The position numbers and the translations under genes were made by a program. 64,000 bases of DNA. Origin: Prochlorococcus sp. AG-355-B18 (GTDB lineage: Bacteria; Cyanobacteriota; Cyanobacteriia; PCC-6307; Cyanobiaceae). Location: positions 64,001 through 128,000 of the forward strand of contig QCDI01000001.1 in the NCBI GenBank assembly GCA_003280965.1, read 5' to 3'. This document shows positions 1 to 10,270 of the stretch, one piece after another; positions within the stretch are counted from its first letter, which is position 1; each line of letters begins with the position of its first letter. The notes under the pieces were generated by a model. It made no database searches. It was not told the origin of the DNA and saw only the letters and a list, made by a program, of their open reading frames with translations.

Positions 1-2119
1 TAGGATTGCTACTACTTAGTCTCCCAGTCGCTGTAGCAGCTTGATTAAAGTTTGTATGAACTCTTCCTGTCTTTTCGTTTATAAGATTTGGAAGAGCATC
101 AATATAGGTGCTAAGTAATTTGCTAAGAGTTCTGTGTTTTATTAAATGTTGGATTATTTCATGTTCGTCGACTAATCTTTCAAGAACTACTGCATCTGTA
201 CTCCATCCTGTTTTTGTTTTCCGTGATTTTTTCTTATCCAAATTTAATTTTTCAAACAAGATCTCACCAAGTTGTTTTGGTGAAGATAGATTAAAAGTCT
301 CCTCTGCTAATTCATAAACTTTACTTTCAATATCTTCTAAGGTACTTTTTAGTTCTTTTGAAAGTTTATCTAAATAAGGGATGTCGATGGTTATTCCATT
401 CATTTCCATTTGAGATAATACCGGCTCTAAGGGTAGCTCTATTTCTTCGAACAATTTGTTTAATTCATTTTTTTCTGCTGAAAATCTTTCTTTAAAAATT
501 TTGACAATCTTAAAAGTTAGAAATACATCATAACCGCAGTAAATACTAGCTTCATCAATATCAACAAATGAAAAGTCCTTATTTTTTCCAACTGTTTCCT
601 TAAATGAGGGAGGCTTAAATCCAAATAATCTAAAACTAATTTCACTTAACCCATGCTTCTCCTGATTATTTAGAAGATAGTCTGCTAACAAGGTGTCAAA
701 GGTTACGCCTTTAAGATCAAGTCCGTGATTAAAAAATATTTGCCTGTCAAATTTAGAATTTTGGAGTGCCTTTTCTTTTTTTGGATCTTCTATCCAAGTT
801 CTTAGTTTTAAGAAAACATCTTCAATCGATAATTGATTAGGGGTCTCTTTTTTTGTTTGATGACCAAGAGGTATATAAAATAAATCATCAGTTTCTTCTC
901 CAAGACATAATCCTATCCCAACAAGTTCCGCATCGATGGGATTTAAACTATTAGTCTCTGTATCTAAAGAAACTATCTCATTAGTCTTTTCTAATCTTTG
1001 AATTAATTTATCGAGTAATTCAAAATCATTTACAACGGTTACTTTGATTTTAGGGATTTTTTTTTCAATATTTTTTAATTCACTTTTACTAGAGACCTTT
1101 GGATCTTTCTCCGCCTCTTTAGCCACGTTATTTTTGTCAAAACCACCTCTACTAAAAGTTGAATTGAAAATATCAATTTGCCGAAGTAGTGTTGATAATT
1201 CAAGTTTTTGCAGTAACTCTGAAAGAAGTTCTTGATTTATATTTTTTAATTCATAACCATCACTTAATATCAAAGGCACTTCAGTATTTATTTTTGCTAA
1301 ATCCCTGGAAAGAAAAGCATTATGCTTATCGTTTCTAAGCTTTTGTATAACAGAACCTTTAATGAATCCTTTATATTTTTTATCATTGTTCTGCTGAATC
1401 TTGTCCAAAGCCTGATAAATCCCATCAAGTGTATCGTTTTCTTTTAGTAGATTAATTGCAGTTTTTGGACCTACCCCTTTAATACCAGGAATATTATCAG
1501 AACTATCACCAGTTAGAGCTTTAAGATCAACTACTCTTTCTGGCGCAACACCTAATTTTTCTCTTACTCCATTTTCATTCATAAGAGTTGGATTACCACT
1601 TTTTGCATATGGACCACCACCCATATAAAGTACATAAATATCTTTTTGATCATCTACTAATTGAAATAAGTCCCGATCTCCAGAAAGAATATTCACGCAC
1701 CATCCTTTAGAAGAAGCATCATTTGCAATTGTGCCTAGGAGATCATCTGCTTCGTAACCAGGAGATTTAAAAATTGGTAAATTAAGGCTTTCTTCTAAAA
1801 TGATTTCGAGTTGTTCAATATCCTGAAAAAAAACATCTGGTGCTACATCTCTATTGGCCTTATAATTTGGATCTAATTCATGCCTGAAAGTAGGTTTTTC
1901 CGTATCAAAAGTAATACAAACACCCTCAGGACTAATATTTTTGCAATTATCAAGAAGGCTTTTTAGAAATCCATAAGTCACACTTGTTGGGAATCCCTCT
2001 TTGGTTGTTAAGCCTCCATCAATCCCTTTGCTAAATGCATAGAAGCTTCTAAAAGCAAGTGAATGACCATCGACTAAAAGTAAAATTGGTTTTTTAGAGT
2101 TTTCAGATTTTAAACTCAT
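1..2119 (-). CDS. polA: DNA polymerase I (3' end outside window)
   Basis: Minus-strand ORF from ATG at 2119 reads MSLKSENSKKPILLLVDGHSLAFRSFYAF (5'-3' exonuclease start); later PGYEADD, ALTGDSSDNIPG and RVHTNFNQAATATGRLSSSNP motifs. Missing from ORF track because it runs off the window. Confidence 0.97.
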   Translation of the reverse strand, partial: MSLKSENSKKPILLLVDGHSLAFRSFYAFSKGIDGGLTTKEGFPTSVTYGFLKSLLDNCKNISPEGVCITFDTEKPTFRHELDPNYKANRDVAPDVFFQDIEQLEIILEESLNLPIFKSPGYEADDLLGTIANDASSKGWCVNILSGDRDLFQLVDDQKDIYVLYMGGGPYAKSGNPTLMNENGVREKLGVAPERVVDLKALTGDSSDNIPGIKGVGPKTAINLLKENDTLDGIYQALDKIQQNNDKKYKGFIKGSVIQKLRNDKHNAFLSRDLAKINTEVPLILSDGYELKNINQELLSELLQKLELSTLLRQIDIFNSTFSRGGFDKNNVAKEAEKDPKVSSKSELKNIEKKIPKIKVTVVNDFELLDKLIQRLEKTNEIVSLDTETNSLNPIDAELVGIGLCLGEETDDLFYIPLGHQTKKETPNQLSIEDVFLKLRTWIEDPKKEKALQNSKFDRQIFFNHGLDLKGVTFDTLLADYLLNNQEKHGLSEISFRLFGFKPPSFKETVGKNKDFSFVDIDEASIYCGYDVFLTFKIVKIFKERFSAEKNELNKLFEEIELPLEPVLSQMEMNGITIDIPYLDKLSKELKSTLEDIESKVYELAEETFNLSSPKQLGEILFEKLNLDKKKSRKTKTGWSTDAVVLERLVDEHEIIQHLIKHRTLSKLLSTYIDALPNLINEKTGRVHTNFNQAATATGRLSSSNP

Positions 2120-3177
2120 TTTCTCTTCTTAGCCCAAGGTGGAATATCAATAAAGATTTGCTCTCCAGGTTCTAATCCATCAATTACTGAAGTTTTATTC
2201 CCACTACTAATACCAATTTCAATTTTTTCAAATTTGGGAGAATTGTTTTTATCAACTTTCAAAATTCCCTTTTCACCTTTTTCAGTGACAATGGAAACTG
2301 TTGGCACTAAGATTTTTTCTTCATTACCTTCGACTCTAAATTCAAGATCTGCAGTCATCCCAATTTTAATTTCTTCAGAAATATCTTTAAAATTTAAAGT
2401 TACTTCGAATGAGGTTACATTATTATCTTTTACAGCTCTTGTAGCTATTTTTTTAACTATGGCACTATATTTTTTTGAGGGATAAGCCTCAATTCTTACT
2501 GAAGCTTCTTGACCTATTTTTATTCTGCCAATGTCACTTTCAGGGACTTTAGCAACGATTTCTAGTCCCTCTGATAGTTCAAAAATAAAGTTTTTGGTTT
2601 TAGGGTCTGAACTTAAGTTTGTACTTGGTGTGACATAAGATCCTATCTCAGCATATTTTGCAGTTATCTTTCCACCATAAGGAGCTTTAATTAGATAGAA
2701 ACTTTTTTCAGCTTTTGCATCATTAAGTTTTGCGCTACTAATGTTGTAGTTATTTTTATAACTTTCATAGTCTTCTTTACTTACCGCACCTTCTTGATAT
2801 AAATATTCCCTTCTTAAAAATTCAGATTTTTGTTTTTCTAGGTTTAATTCAAGTTCTTCAATTTTATAGATAAAGTCTTCATCATCAAGAGAAGCTAAAA
2901 TCTGATCTTTTTTTACAAGATCGCCCTCATCTACTTTGATTTCTTTTATTACGCCTTGCTTACGAGGCCCAAGATTGCTTGTCCTTATTGCTTTTACCTC
3001 ACCACTGGTATTAATTGAATCTGAGAGGATTCCTTTTTCCACTTGAACTACAAAATCAGAAATATCTTTTGATTTATTTTTCTTGAAGGAATTGGTTATA
3101 AAAACGAAAAATATAGCTAGAGAAAGCAATATAATTCCACTTCTTAGATTTATATTTTTTTTTATTAAATCAAACAT
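2116..3177 (-). CDS. Efflux RND/ABC transporter periplasmic adaptor (membrane fusion protein)
   Basis: N-terminal TM helix, lipoyl half-motifs (GVIKEIKVDEGDLVKKDQILA; IKAPYGGKI), VPESDIGRIKIGQ. Confidence 0.9.
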   Translation of the reverse strand: MFDLIKKNINLRSGIILLSLAIFFVFITNSFKKNKSKDISDFVVQVEKGILSDSINTSGEVKAIRTSNLGPRKQGVIKEIKVDEGDLVKKDQILASLDDEDFIYKIEELELNLEKQKSEFLRREYLYQEGAVSKEDYESYKNNYNISSAKLNDAKAEKSFYLIKAPYGGKITAKYAEIGSYVTPSTNLSSDPKTKNFIFELSEGLEIVAKVPESDIGRIKIGQEASVRIEAYPSKKYSAIVKKIATRAVKDNNVTSFEVTLNFKDISEEIKIGMTADLEFRVEGNEEKILVPTVSIVTEKGEKGILKVDKNNSPKFEKIEIGISSGNKTSVIDGLEPGEQIFIDIPPWAKKRK

Positions 3178-3321
3178 TTCTTTTTAAAAGCAGAATTAGA
3201 GAATATTTAGGAACTAAATAAATAATCAAGACGATTATAATTAACTTATCCAAGATTGGTTAAGTAAATACTATATTACTAGAAGATGTTTTCTTGATAA
3301 TTTTTCCATAAGTTTTTTCAA

Positions 3322-4413
3322 ATGTTAAAAGCAGGTATTATTGGATTACCAAATGTTGGAAAATCAACTCTATTTAATGCACTTGTAGAAAATGCTAAGG
3401 CCCAAGCGGCTAATTTTCCCTTTTGTACTATAGAACCTAATAAAGGCATAGTTTCAGTCCCAGATCAAAGGTTGCAAGAGTTAGGTAATATAAGTTCTAG
3501 CCAAAATATTATTCCAACAAAAATTGAATTTGTAGATATCGCAGGACTAGTTAAAGGAGCTAGTAAAGGCGAAGGTTTGGGAAATAAATTTTTATCAAAT
3601 ATTAGGGAGGTTGATGCAATAGTTCATGTTGTAAGGTGTTTTGAAGATAGTGATGTAATTCATGTTTCTGGAAAGGTAGACCCCTTGGATGACATTGAGA
3701 TAATTAATCTGGAATTGAATTTAGCTGATTTATCTCAACTCCAAAAAAGAAGAGAAAGAATAAAAAAACAGGTTAGAACTAGTAAAGAGGCAGCAAAAGA
3801 AGACACCTTACTAGAAAAAATTGAAGAAGAGCTAGAGAAAGGCCTTTCAGTTAGATCAATATTTTTGAGTGAAGAAGAAAATTTAATAATTAAGCAACTA
3901 GGCTTCCTTACTGCTAAACCAATTATTTATGCAACAAATTTGAATGAAAATGATTTAGCTGAAGGTAATGATTTCTCATCAAAAGTTCAGAGTTTTGCAA
4001 GCAATGAAAATACAGAATGTATAAAAATATCAGCGCAAGTCGAATCTGAATTAATAGAGTTAGAACCAGAAGATAAAAAAGACTATCTTATGGGTTTAGG
4101 AGTAGAAGAAGGGGGATTAAGTTCTTTAATTAGATCAACATATAAATTATTGGGATTAAAAACTTATTTCACTACCGGAGAAAAGGAGACAAAAGCATGG
4201 ACCATAAAAGATGGGATGACTGCGCCACAGGCAGCAGGAGTAATTCATACTGATTTTGAAAAAGGGTTTATAAGAGCTCAAACTATTTCATATCAAAATT
4301 TAATTGATTCAGGTTCAATAGCCAATGCAAAAACTAAAGGTCTTTTAAGAAGTGAAGGTAAGGAATATATTGTTAACGAAGGCGATGTAATGGAGTTTTT
4401 ATTTAATGTTTAG
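3322..4413 (+). CDS. ychF: Redox-regulated ATPase YchF
   Basis: GIIGLPNVGKSTLFNAL, ANFPFCTIEPN, DIAGLVKGAS, TGS tail. Confidence 0.98.
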   Translation: MLKAGIIGLPNVGKSTLFNALVENAKAQAANFPFCTIEPNKGIVSVPDQRLQELGNISSSQNIIPTKIEFVDIAGLVKGASKGEGLGNKFLSNIREVDAIVHVVRCFEDSDVIHVSGKVDPLDDIEIINLELNLADLSQLQKRRERIKKQVRTSKEAAKEDTLLEKIEEELEKGLSVRSIFLSEEENLIIKQLGFLTAKPIIYATNLNENDLAEGNDFSSKVQSFASNENTECIKISAQVESELIELEPEDKKDYLMGLGVEEGGLSSLIRSTYKLLGLKTYFTTGEKETKAWTIKDGMTAPQAAGVIHTDFEKGFIRAQTISYQNLIDSGSIANAKTKGLLRSEGKEYIVNEGDVMEFLFNV

Positions 4414-4883
4414 TAAGTCTCTTAAGGCTTACTTACTATTTTGCTTTTTGAATTTAAACTCAAAAAATGAAATTAATAAAATTAAGATACATCCTAAGCA
4501 ACTTCCTATTAACCCAAAAACAATGGTTGTAAAGCCATCATCGTAGCCATATTGTAATTGTGGTAAGTGAGGGGGTATTGGCATTATTTTTCAACAGAAT
4601 TTTCAATATCTTCCAGTAAATGTTTAGTTGATCTACTAAAACCATTAGTTTTTAAATAGTTTTGGGCCTCTCTAAATTTTTCAGCTACTCTTTTTGCATA
4701 AGGCGTATTCATGGAATTTTGAGTCATGTTGAAAATGCGATTAACTTTATAATCTGATTTAGGTAAGCCCTTGATAAGTATTCAAAAATACAAGAATATA
4801 AAAATAGGATTTTTTACTTACTAAAAAATTTATTGAGAAAAGTTTTTGATTCTCCAAAATAAAGTTTTATCAAATTAGAAAAA

Positions 4884-5174
4884 TTGACAATGACTAATAC
4901 ATTATTAATTCTTTTTTTTGTACTTTTATTTTTATTATTTTTTTATTCAAAACAAAATAGAAGGTGCGCCCACAAAACAACAAATATTCCAACTTATATA
5001 CCTTCCTTAAAAGATCAAAAATTTAATCCTGACATAAGTACTGATAATTGGGACTTACACAAACTTAGATTAGATAAATTTAAAAGATCACAATATAAGG
5101 GATTAACTTTCTTTGTAAGTTCAGAAAATAGAATTTACTATCTTTCTGAAGAAGGGGATAAAGTTTATTGCTAA
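4884..5174 (+). CDS. Hypothetical membrane-anchored protein
   Basis: N-terminal TM; NPDISTDNWDLHKLRL motif shared with disrupted paralog at 29718-30027. Confidence 0.6.
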   Translation: MTMTNTLLILFFVLLFLLFFYSKQNRRCAHKTTNIPTYIPSLKDQKFNPDISTDNWDLHKLRLDKFKRSQYKGLTFFVSSENRIYYLSEEGDKVYC

Positions 5175-5227
5175 CAGGTGAAATTAATTTTATAAATAAG
5201 GAAAGCCGATAGAAATTAATAATATTA

Positions 5228-5479
5228 ATGAAGTATTTATTTTTATTGTCAGAGAAGTTCTATAGGTTTATCGAATGGGAGTGGAATACCTTAAAAAACC
5301 TAAGAAGAACAAAAAGAAAGAATTTTTTTCTAAGAGGATTATTTGCTTTATTTAGTTTATTCTCTATTCTTTTTTTAATATTTTCTCCTCCTATCGCTTT
5401 TGGATTTTTATTTGGTGAGGGATTGAGATTTAGTACTTTTTTTATCTGGATATGGATTTTAAATTTGAAGTTTTTTTGA
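5228..5479 (+). CDS. Hypothetical membrane protein
   Basis: ATG ORF with hydrophobic C-terminal half. Confidence 0.45.
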   Translation: MKYLFLLSEKFYRFIEWEWNTLKNLRRTKRKNFFLRGLFALFSLFSILFLIFSPPIAFGFLFGEGLRFSTFFIWIWILNLKFF

Positions 5480-5537
5480 AAATGTATGATTAATTTAACG
5501 AGATTATTTAAAATTAAGAATATAAAAAATTTGCCTT

Positions 5538-5753
5538 ATGCCAAAGATATTCAAACAAAATAAGTTCGCTTTGTTGGGAGCAAATATATTAATAATTTTG
5601 CTCTGGGTAACTATATCTTCTTTTTTGCTAAATTTATTTCAAAGTGAAAATGCCCCATTTTATATCTATAAAATTTCTTTTTTAATAAGATTCCTTCCTC
5701 CTATTTGGGCTACATGGTTCCTATGGATAAAAAGAGGTGGTTTAAAAAGATAA
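5538..5753 (+). CDS. Hypothetical membrane protein
   Basis: ATG ORF with two hydrophobic segments. Confidence 0.45.
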   Translation: MPKIFKQNKFALLGANILIILLWVTISSFLLNLFQSENAPFYIYKISFLIRFLPPIWATWFLWIKRGGLKR

Positions 5754-5844
5754 ATAACAAAATATTTTTGCGTATTTACTATAAAAATAAATCAGTTAAA
5801 ATCTGTGAGCTTACTTGAAATTTTCATGTAAGAATTAGGTAATC

Positions 5845-5885
5845 GAGAGATTGTTTTTAGCTAAGAAACAATCTCTTTTTTTTAT
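5845..5885 (+). terminator. Intrinsic terminator hairpin
   Basis: GAGAGATTGTTT...AAACAATCTCT followed by a T-run. Confidence 0.65.
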
Positions 5886-5955
5886 TTTTTCTCATAAAAA
5901 AGTGCTTGTCAGTATCCCTATTGACAAACACTCATGACGATCAAATTTTTTGGGA

Positions 5956-6135
5956 TTAAACAGTTAATCTATTATCAACTTCGATCACTCCAGAATCCAT
6001 AAGACGGCCGATTTTAATAACTAAAGCCATATCTAACCTAGAAAATTCGGATTGATGGTTAGTTATCCAATCAAGTTCTGAAAGAGTTATTGCGCCTAAA
6101 GTATTTACTTTAAGAAAAAGTAAGCCTAGATTCAT
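5956..6135 (-). CDS. Small hypothetical protein downstream of the hli cluster
   Basis: Start placed at ATG 6135 (MNLGLLFLKV...) because the longer track ORF overlaps the hli at 6137-6265. Confidence 0.65.
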   Translation of the reverse strand: MNLGLLFLKVNTLGAITLSELDWITNHQSEFSRLDMALVIKIGRLMDSGVIEVDNRLTV

Positions 6136-6136
6136 T

Positions 6137-6265
6137 TTAAAAGATTCCTGGAATAATCCAGCCGAATAAGCCATAATTCACAACTAATGCAAATAAGCCC
6201 ATCATTGCCATTCTTCCATTAGTTCTCTCAGCATTTTGCCAATAAGTTGTTTTTGAGTTTTCCAT
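6137..6265 (-). CDS. hli: High-light-inducible protein (42 aa)
   Basis: Hand translation MENSKTTYWQNAERTNGRMAMMGLFALVVNYGLFGWIIPGIF; AExxNGRxAM motif. Confidence 0.92.
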   Translation of the reverse strand: MENSKTTYWQNAERTNGRMAMMGLFALVVNYGLFGWIIPGIF

Positions 6266-6299
6266 TTTATTTGGGTTGAAGGTTTTTAGATAGAAAGTT

Positions 6300-6560
6300 T
6301 TAAACGAAACCAGGAATTATTTGACCTGTTGTTAGATATGCTCCAACAGCAGCAATTAATCCAAGCATTGCGAATCTGCCGTTAAGTGTTTCAGCAACAA
6401 CTTTTTCTTTCTCGATTGATTTGACTTTTGTGTTTGAGTTTTTCATTTGATTAAAAGATGAATAGTTTAAATTTTCGTTTTGAAATTGCTTGGTCAGGTA
6501 AGCAACAAGGATAGCTGTAAAGAATACAATTACGGCTAAGAAACCTGAAAGTGGACTCAT
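6300..6560 (-). CDS. hli: High-light-inducible protein
   Basis: AETLNGRFAMLG...TGQIIPG; start at MSPLSG (6560). Confidence 0.92.
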   Translation of the reverse strand: MSPLSGFLAVIVFFTAILVAYLTKQFQNENLNYSSFNQMKNSNTKVKSIEKEKVVAETLNGRFAMLGLIAAVGAYLTTGQIIPGFV

Positions 6561-6766
6561 TAAAAAATGCCAGGAATAATTTGTCCGGTTGAAACGTAAG
6601 CACCTACTAACGCAACAAGCCCAATCATTGCCCAACGACCGTTAACTTTTTCTGCATTTTGTGGGTAGCTGTCGTAAGAAACCGACTCGTCTATGTAAGG
6701 ACGTGTCTCAGTAGGAAACATATTCTGTCTGCCACCTGATTCAGTAGTAACGTTTGAATTGGCCAT
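6560..6766 (-). CDS. hli: High-light-inducible protein
   Basis: MANSNVTTESGGRQNMF...AEKVNGRWAMIG...TGQIIPGIF. Confidence 0.93.
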   Translation of the reverse strand: MANSNVTTESGGRQNMFPTETRPYIDESVSYDSYPQNAEKVNGRWAMIGLVALVGAYVSTGQIIPGIF

Positions 6767-6778
6767 TGAAGTTGTGTA

Positions 6779-6818
6779 ATTGTTAACTAATGTAACACTA
6801 CTATTAATAAATGTAAAG
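6779..6818 (-). promoter_or_regulatory. HLR1 (RpaB-type) direct-repeat sites upstream of the hli operon
   Basis: Minus strand GTTACATT-AG-TTAACAAT plus weaker TTTACATT-TA-TTAATAGT; same arrangement precedes the hli at 52338. Confidence 0.65.
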
Positions 6819-7047
6819 TAATAGGTAAAAAATAAGTTATTTTCAAGATATATGCTACATAACTGTATCATATCCGTGACATATACTTTTAAATAATTGT
6901 TTTTTAGGCTTGCTACGCTTTACAGATTGGACCTCAAACTATTAAGAGTTCAATTTATGTTGAGTATTTATTTTTGACACCGAATTCCATATTTTAGGAA
7001 ACTCTTAAGCTCATAAAAACATAAAGGCTTTTTCTTAGCAGGATCAC

Positions 7048-7317
7048 TTATCCGTAATTATGAGATACTTCTGTCCATCCTTTTTGGTGCAGTTCGTGCC
7101 ACTTTTCCCAGGCTGAATCTATGTTGAGTTTTTCAGAGGACTTGTACCCTCCAGGTTCTCCAAGATGATTTGTGTAGAAAAGATGAGTATGAATTTTTAA
7201 ATTAGGTTTAGGAGAATTTTTGCATTCTTCGAAAAAGATGATTCGGCTGCCTTCGGGATTTAGTAGGCATCCGTTGGGTTTGCTAGTGCTACAACCAAAT
7301 GAGTACTTAGGCTCCAT
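7048..7317 (-). CDS. DUF1651-like protein
   Basis: GCLLNPEGSRIIFF...AWEKWHELHQKGW; same C-terminal pattern as 22557 and 24935 ORFs. Confidence 0.65.
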   Translation of the reverse strand: MEPKYSFGCSTSKPNGCLLNPEGSRIIFFEECKNSPKPNLKIHTHLFYTNHLGEPGGYKSSEKLNIDSAWEKWHELHQKGWTEVSHNYG

Positions 7318-7465
7318 ACTTTACCTTTAATCGACTGTTTACCATTAATACGTTTGTACTATAAATTATATCCTCCTTTTTTTGCTGTCAATCCTTTTAA
7401 GGTTAAGTACTTATTTACTAATAATTATTTTGGTTTTTAATAAATAAGATAATTTCTTTAAGCTT

Positions 7466-7648
7466 ATGAATTACAGGGAAGATCTAGAAATCAAACTACA
7501 AAAAGTAACACTTGCAATGCAGGAAGTTGTAGATGATATCCACAAAACTGATCCTGAGAAGCAAAGAATAATTTCCAAATTTATTGAATTTAAAGAAGCA
7601 ATCATTTCAAGGGGAATTGAACTTAATATTGAATTAGAGGCAGCCTAG
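7466..7648 (+). CDS. Small coiled-coil hypothetical protein
   Basis: ATG ORF, 60 aa. Confidence 0.55.
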   Translation: MNYREDLEIKLQKVTLAMQEVVDDIHKTDPEKQRIISKFIEFKEAIISRGIELNIELEAA

Positions 7649-7936
7649 AAAAATTCCAAATCTCATGAATGTTTAATAACTTTTAGAATAATGTTATTAA
7701 CAAAGAAGGGTTATTTATCAAATGCAGCCTGGTACTTTTGAATTATTGATCCTAGTATTTATCTTTTTAGGTCTTCAAGCCTGGTGGATTATCCCAATAG
7801 TTATTAAAAATAATAAATTAAATAAGAGAGGTAAGGATTTAGGAGAGGAAATTAAGCAATTAGAAAAGTTATATAAAAAATAAATTAGTTTATTATTTTT
7901 GCAAACTACCTATTATTAGTGAAACTCAAATATCTA

Positions 7937-8360
7937 ATGAAAATAAAACCAATTATTCCATTTTGTTTCCTTTTTATTGGGACTTTAGCTTTACCACAAC
8001 TTTCTCTTGCTGAAGAAAAGATTGAAGTTATACCTAATTATTCAAAGTTCAAAAGGACTAAGTGGTAAAAATTTTAATTATCTCGAGGGTAAGCCTGAAT
8101 TAAGACTCTTAAAAGTAAAAATTCCAGTTGGGTTGAAAACTCCAATTCATACTCATCCTTCCCCAATGTTGATTCATGTCACCAGAGGAAGATTAAAGAA
8201 TGTGAGGGGTGAAGAAATTAATTTCTTTAGAGCGGGTGATGCATTTATAGAGAGTAATAATGGGGCCCCACACTATGTGAAAAATGTTGGAAAGAAGCCG
8301 GCCATACTTCATGTAGGAGTTGTATCAGTAGTTGGAACGCCTACGGCCATAAATAAATAA
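7937..8360 (+). pseudogene. Secreted cupin-domain protein, frameshifted
   Basis: ATG 7937 gives signal peptide MKIKPIIPFCFLFIGTLALPQLSLAEEKIEVIP; an extra A near 8036 separates it from the cupin frame (HTHP...PHYVKN). Confidence 0.7.
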
Positions 8361-8401
8361 GATTTTCTCTAAGTTGTTCTATCAGTATGAGGATTTAACT
8401 T

Positions 8402-10105
8402 TTATGAAGAACAACTGTAATGAGATACTCCTCCATAGTTAAAATACTGGCTTGGCTTTAGCCGATTATATTTTTGATCTATTTCTGGGGGTTGTTCTAC
8501 ATATGGATTGCTAAAGACATCCTGTAATTCTTTTATTTTTTTGTAATTTCCCTTTTCAGCTTCTTCATATGCGGGAAGGACCATCCATTCGCGCCAAGTA
8601 TAGACTGGATTAAGGGATTTCATTGATGCTGATTTTGCTTTAATATTTCCCTCTTTCTTCAAGACTGATTGCCAGTTTTCAAGCCATACTTCCCACCTAT
8701 TATTGAGCTCGTCATTAATTGGTAAATAGAAACAGTCTTTTAAAGAATCTATGTTATCAGGTATTTCAGAGAGTTTACGGAACAAAATTGTATAGTCTGC
8801 TTTTGAAATGACCATGAGATTAAAAAATTCATTTATTAAGGTTTCGTTGTAATGTTCTAAACCAAGCTTGTTTGTCCACATTTTCATCAATTCTTTATTC
8901 ATTAATTCGGAAAATTCTTTTTCGATTTGATCTAACTTTTCTTGATCTTGTTTGCTTTGTGAAAGTAACGGGCTAAGAGATGAACAGAATGTTTTAAAGT
9001 TGATTGCCGCTGCAGAAGGCTGGTTAAAAAATGAGAAATGTTCACCTCCACCTGTCCATGGCTGAAATCTTGGATCAAATAATTCACAGAATCCAAAGGG
9101 GCCATAATCCAAGGTATAACCTCCAGCAGCACAATTATCACTATTGAAATTACCCTGGCAATAACCAACTCTCATCCAGTTGGCTATAAGTGATATAAGT
9201 CTTGATTTGTATAAAGAAGCCAGTTTTATTACTTTACTTTCAATTGAAATCTCATATTCAATTTCATCTTTATAATTTCTATCAATTAGATGTTGAACTA
9301 TCATCTTTAGTTCATTGAGGGCCTCATCATGCGCATTATTACGAACACGTCTTGCAAAAAGTTCAATCTGGCCTACACGTAAAAAAGATGGAGCAACTCT
9401 CGTAGTAATTGCCGCTTGATTATCAATCATAATATCAGGTTCAAAATATCTGGACCCTTTGGAATACCACGGTCTTCTAACTATTTCTGAACGTGAGACA
9501 AAAAGTGTTAACGATCTTGAGGTAGGGATTCCCAAAGCATCCATTAATTCCTGTGCAAGAAATTCTCGCACACTAGACCTTAAGACAGCCCTGCCATCTG
9601 CTCCACGACAGTAGGGAGTTTGACCTCCTCCTTTAAGTTGCATCTCCATTCTTTTCCCATTGAATAAACCTTCAAACACAGAAATTGCTCTGCCATCGCC
9701 ATAACCATTGCCAGTGCCAAAGGGACATTGTTGGGTATATTCAGTCCCGTAAATTGATAATGCATAACCTGTTGCCCAACCAAAAGGACTCATTGGATAA
9801 TCAGCAACAGAAATATCACCTGAGAAAAAACTGCAAAATTTCTGGTCTTTTGTAAGATTTGAGCTTAGTCCTAGTTCTTTAAAAAGTTTTTTGCTATGAG
9901 AAATATATTCTGATTCTGGAATCGCTGTTGGAACAACTGGTACGTAATGGCCTGAATATACTGAACGAGGTTTATGATCATTTCCATCTTTTGTTGATTG
10001 AGGATCTGCTTTAAGAGAATTCAAAAAAGAATAGTCAGAAAGTTGAGAAAACTCAGAAAAATTTTCCGTAAGCTTTTCTTTTAATGAATCAGACTTGGTT
10101 GACAT
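8402..10105 (-). CDS. SelO/YdiU family protein adenylyltransferase
   Basis: GDGRA, QLKGGGQTPYCRGADGRAVLRSSVRE, GNFNSDN, DYGPFGF, C-terminal SCSS. Confidence 0.92.
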   Translation of the reverse strand: MSTKSDSLKEKLTENFSEFSQLSDYSFLNSLKADPQSTKDGNDHKPRSVYSGHYVPVVPTAIPESEYISHSKKLFKELGLSSNLTKDQKFCSFFSGDISVADYPMSPFGWATGYALSIYGTEYTQQCPFGTGNGYGDGRAISVFEGLFNGKRMEMQLKGGGQTPYCRGADGRAVLRSSVREFLAQELMDALGIPTSRSLTLFVSRSEIVRRPWYSKGSRYFEPDIMIDNQAAITTRVAPSFLRVGQIELFARRVRNNAHDEALNELKMIVQHLIDRNYKDEIEYEISIESKVIKLASLYKSRLISLIANWMRVGYCQGNFNSDNCAAGGYTLDYGPFGFCELFDPRFQPWTGGGEHFSFFNQPSAAAINFKTFCSSLSPLLSQSKQDQEKLDQIEKEFSELMNKELMKMWTNKLGLEHYNETLINEFFNLMVISKADYTILFRKLSEIPDNIDSLKDCFYLPINDELNNRWEVWLENWQSVLKKEGNIKAKSASMKSLNPVYTWREWMVLPAYEEAEKGNYKKIKELQDVFSNPYVEQPPEIDQKYNRLKPSQYFNYGGVSHYSCSS

Positions 10106-10270
10106 TAAACTTGGAATTTATTCTTGATTGCGTTGTAATTTCTTTAAATTCAACACCTAGATATATCTTATATATTTTCTATCAGGGATGGTTTCTGCCG
10201 ATACTTTTCAGATTAAATAGAAGTTAAAATTTTATATTTACTTAAAAAAGGTTCCGCAGTAAAACATTTT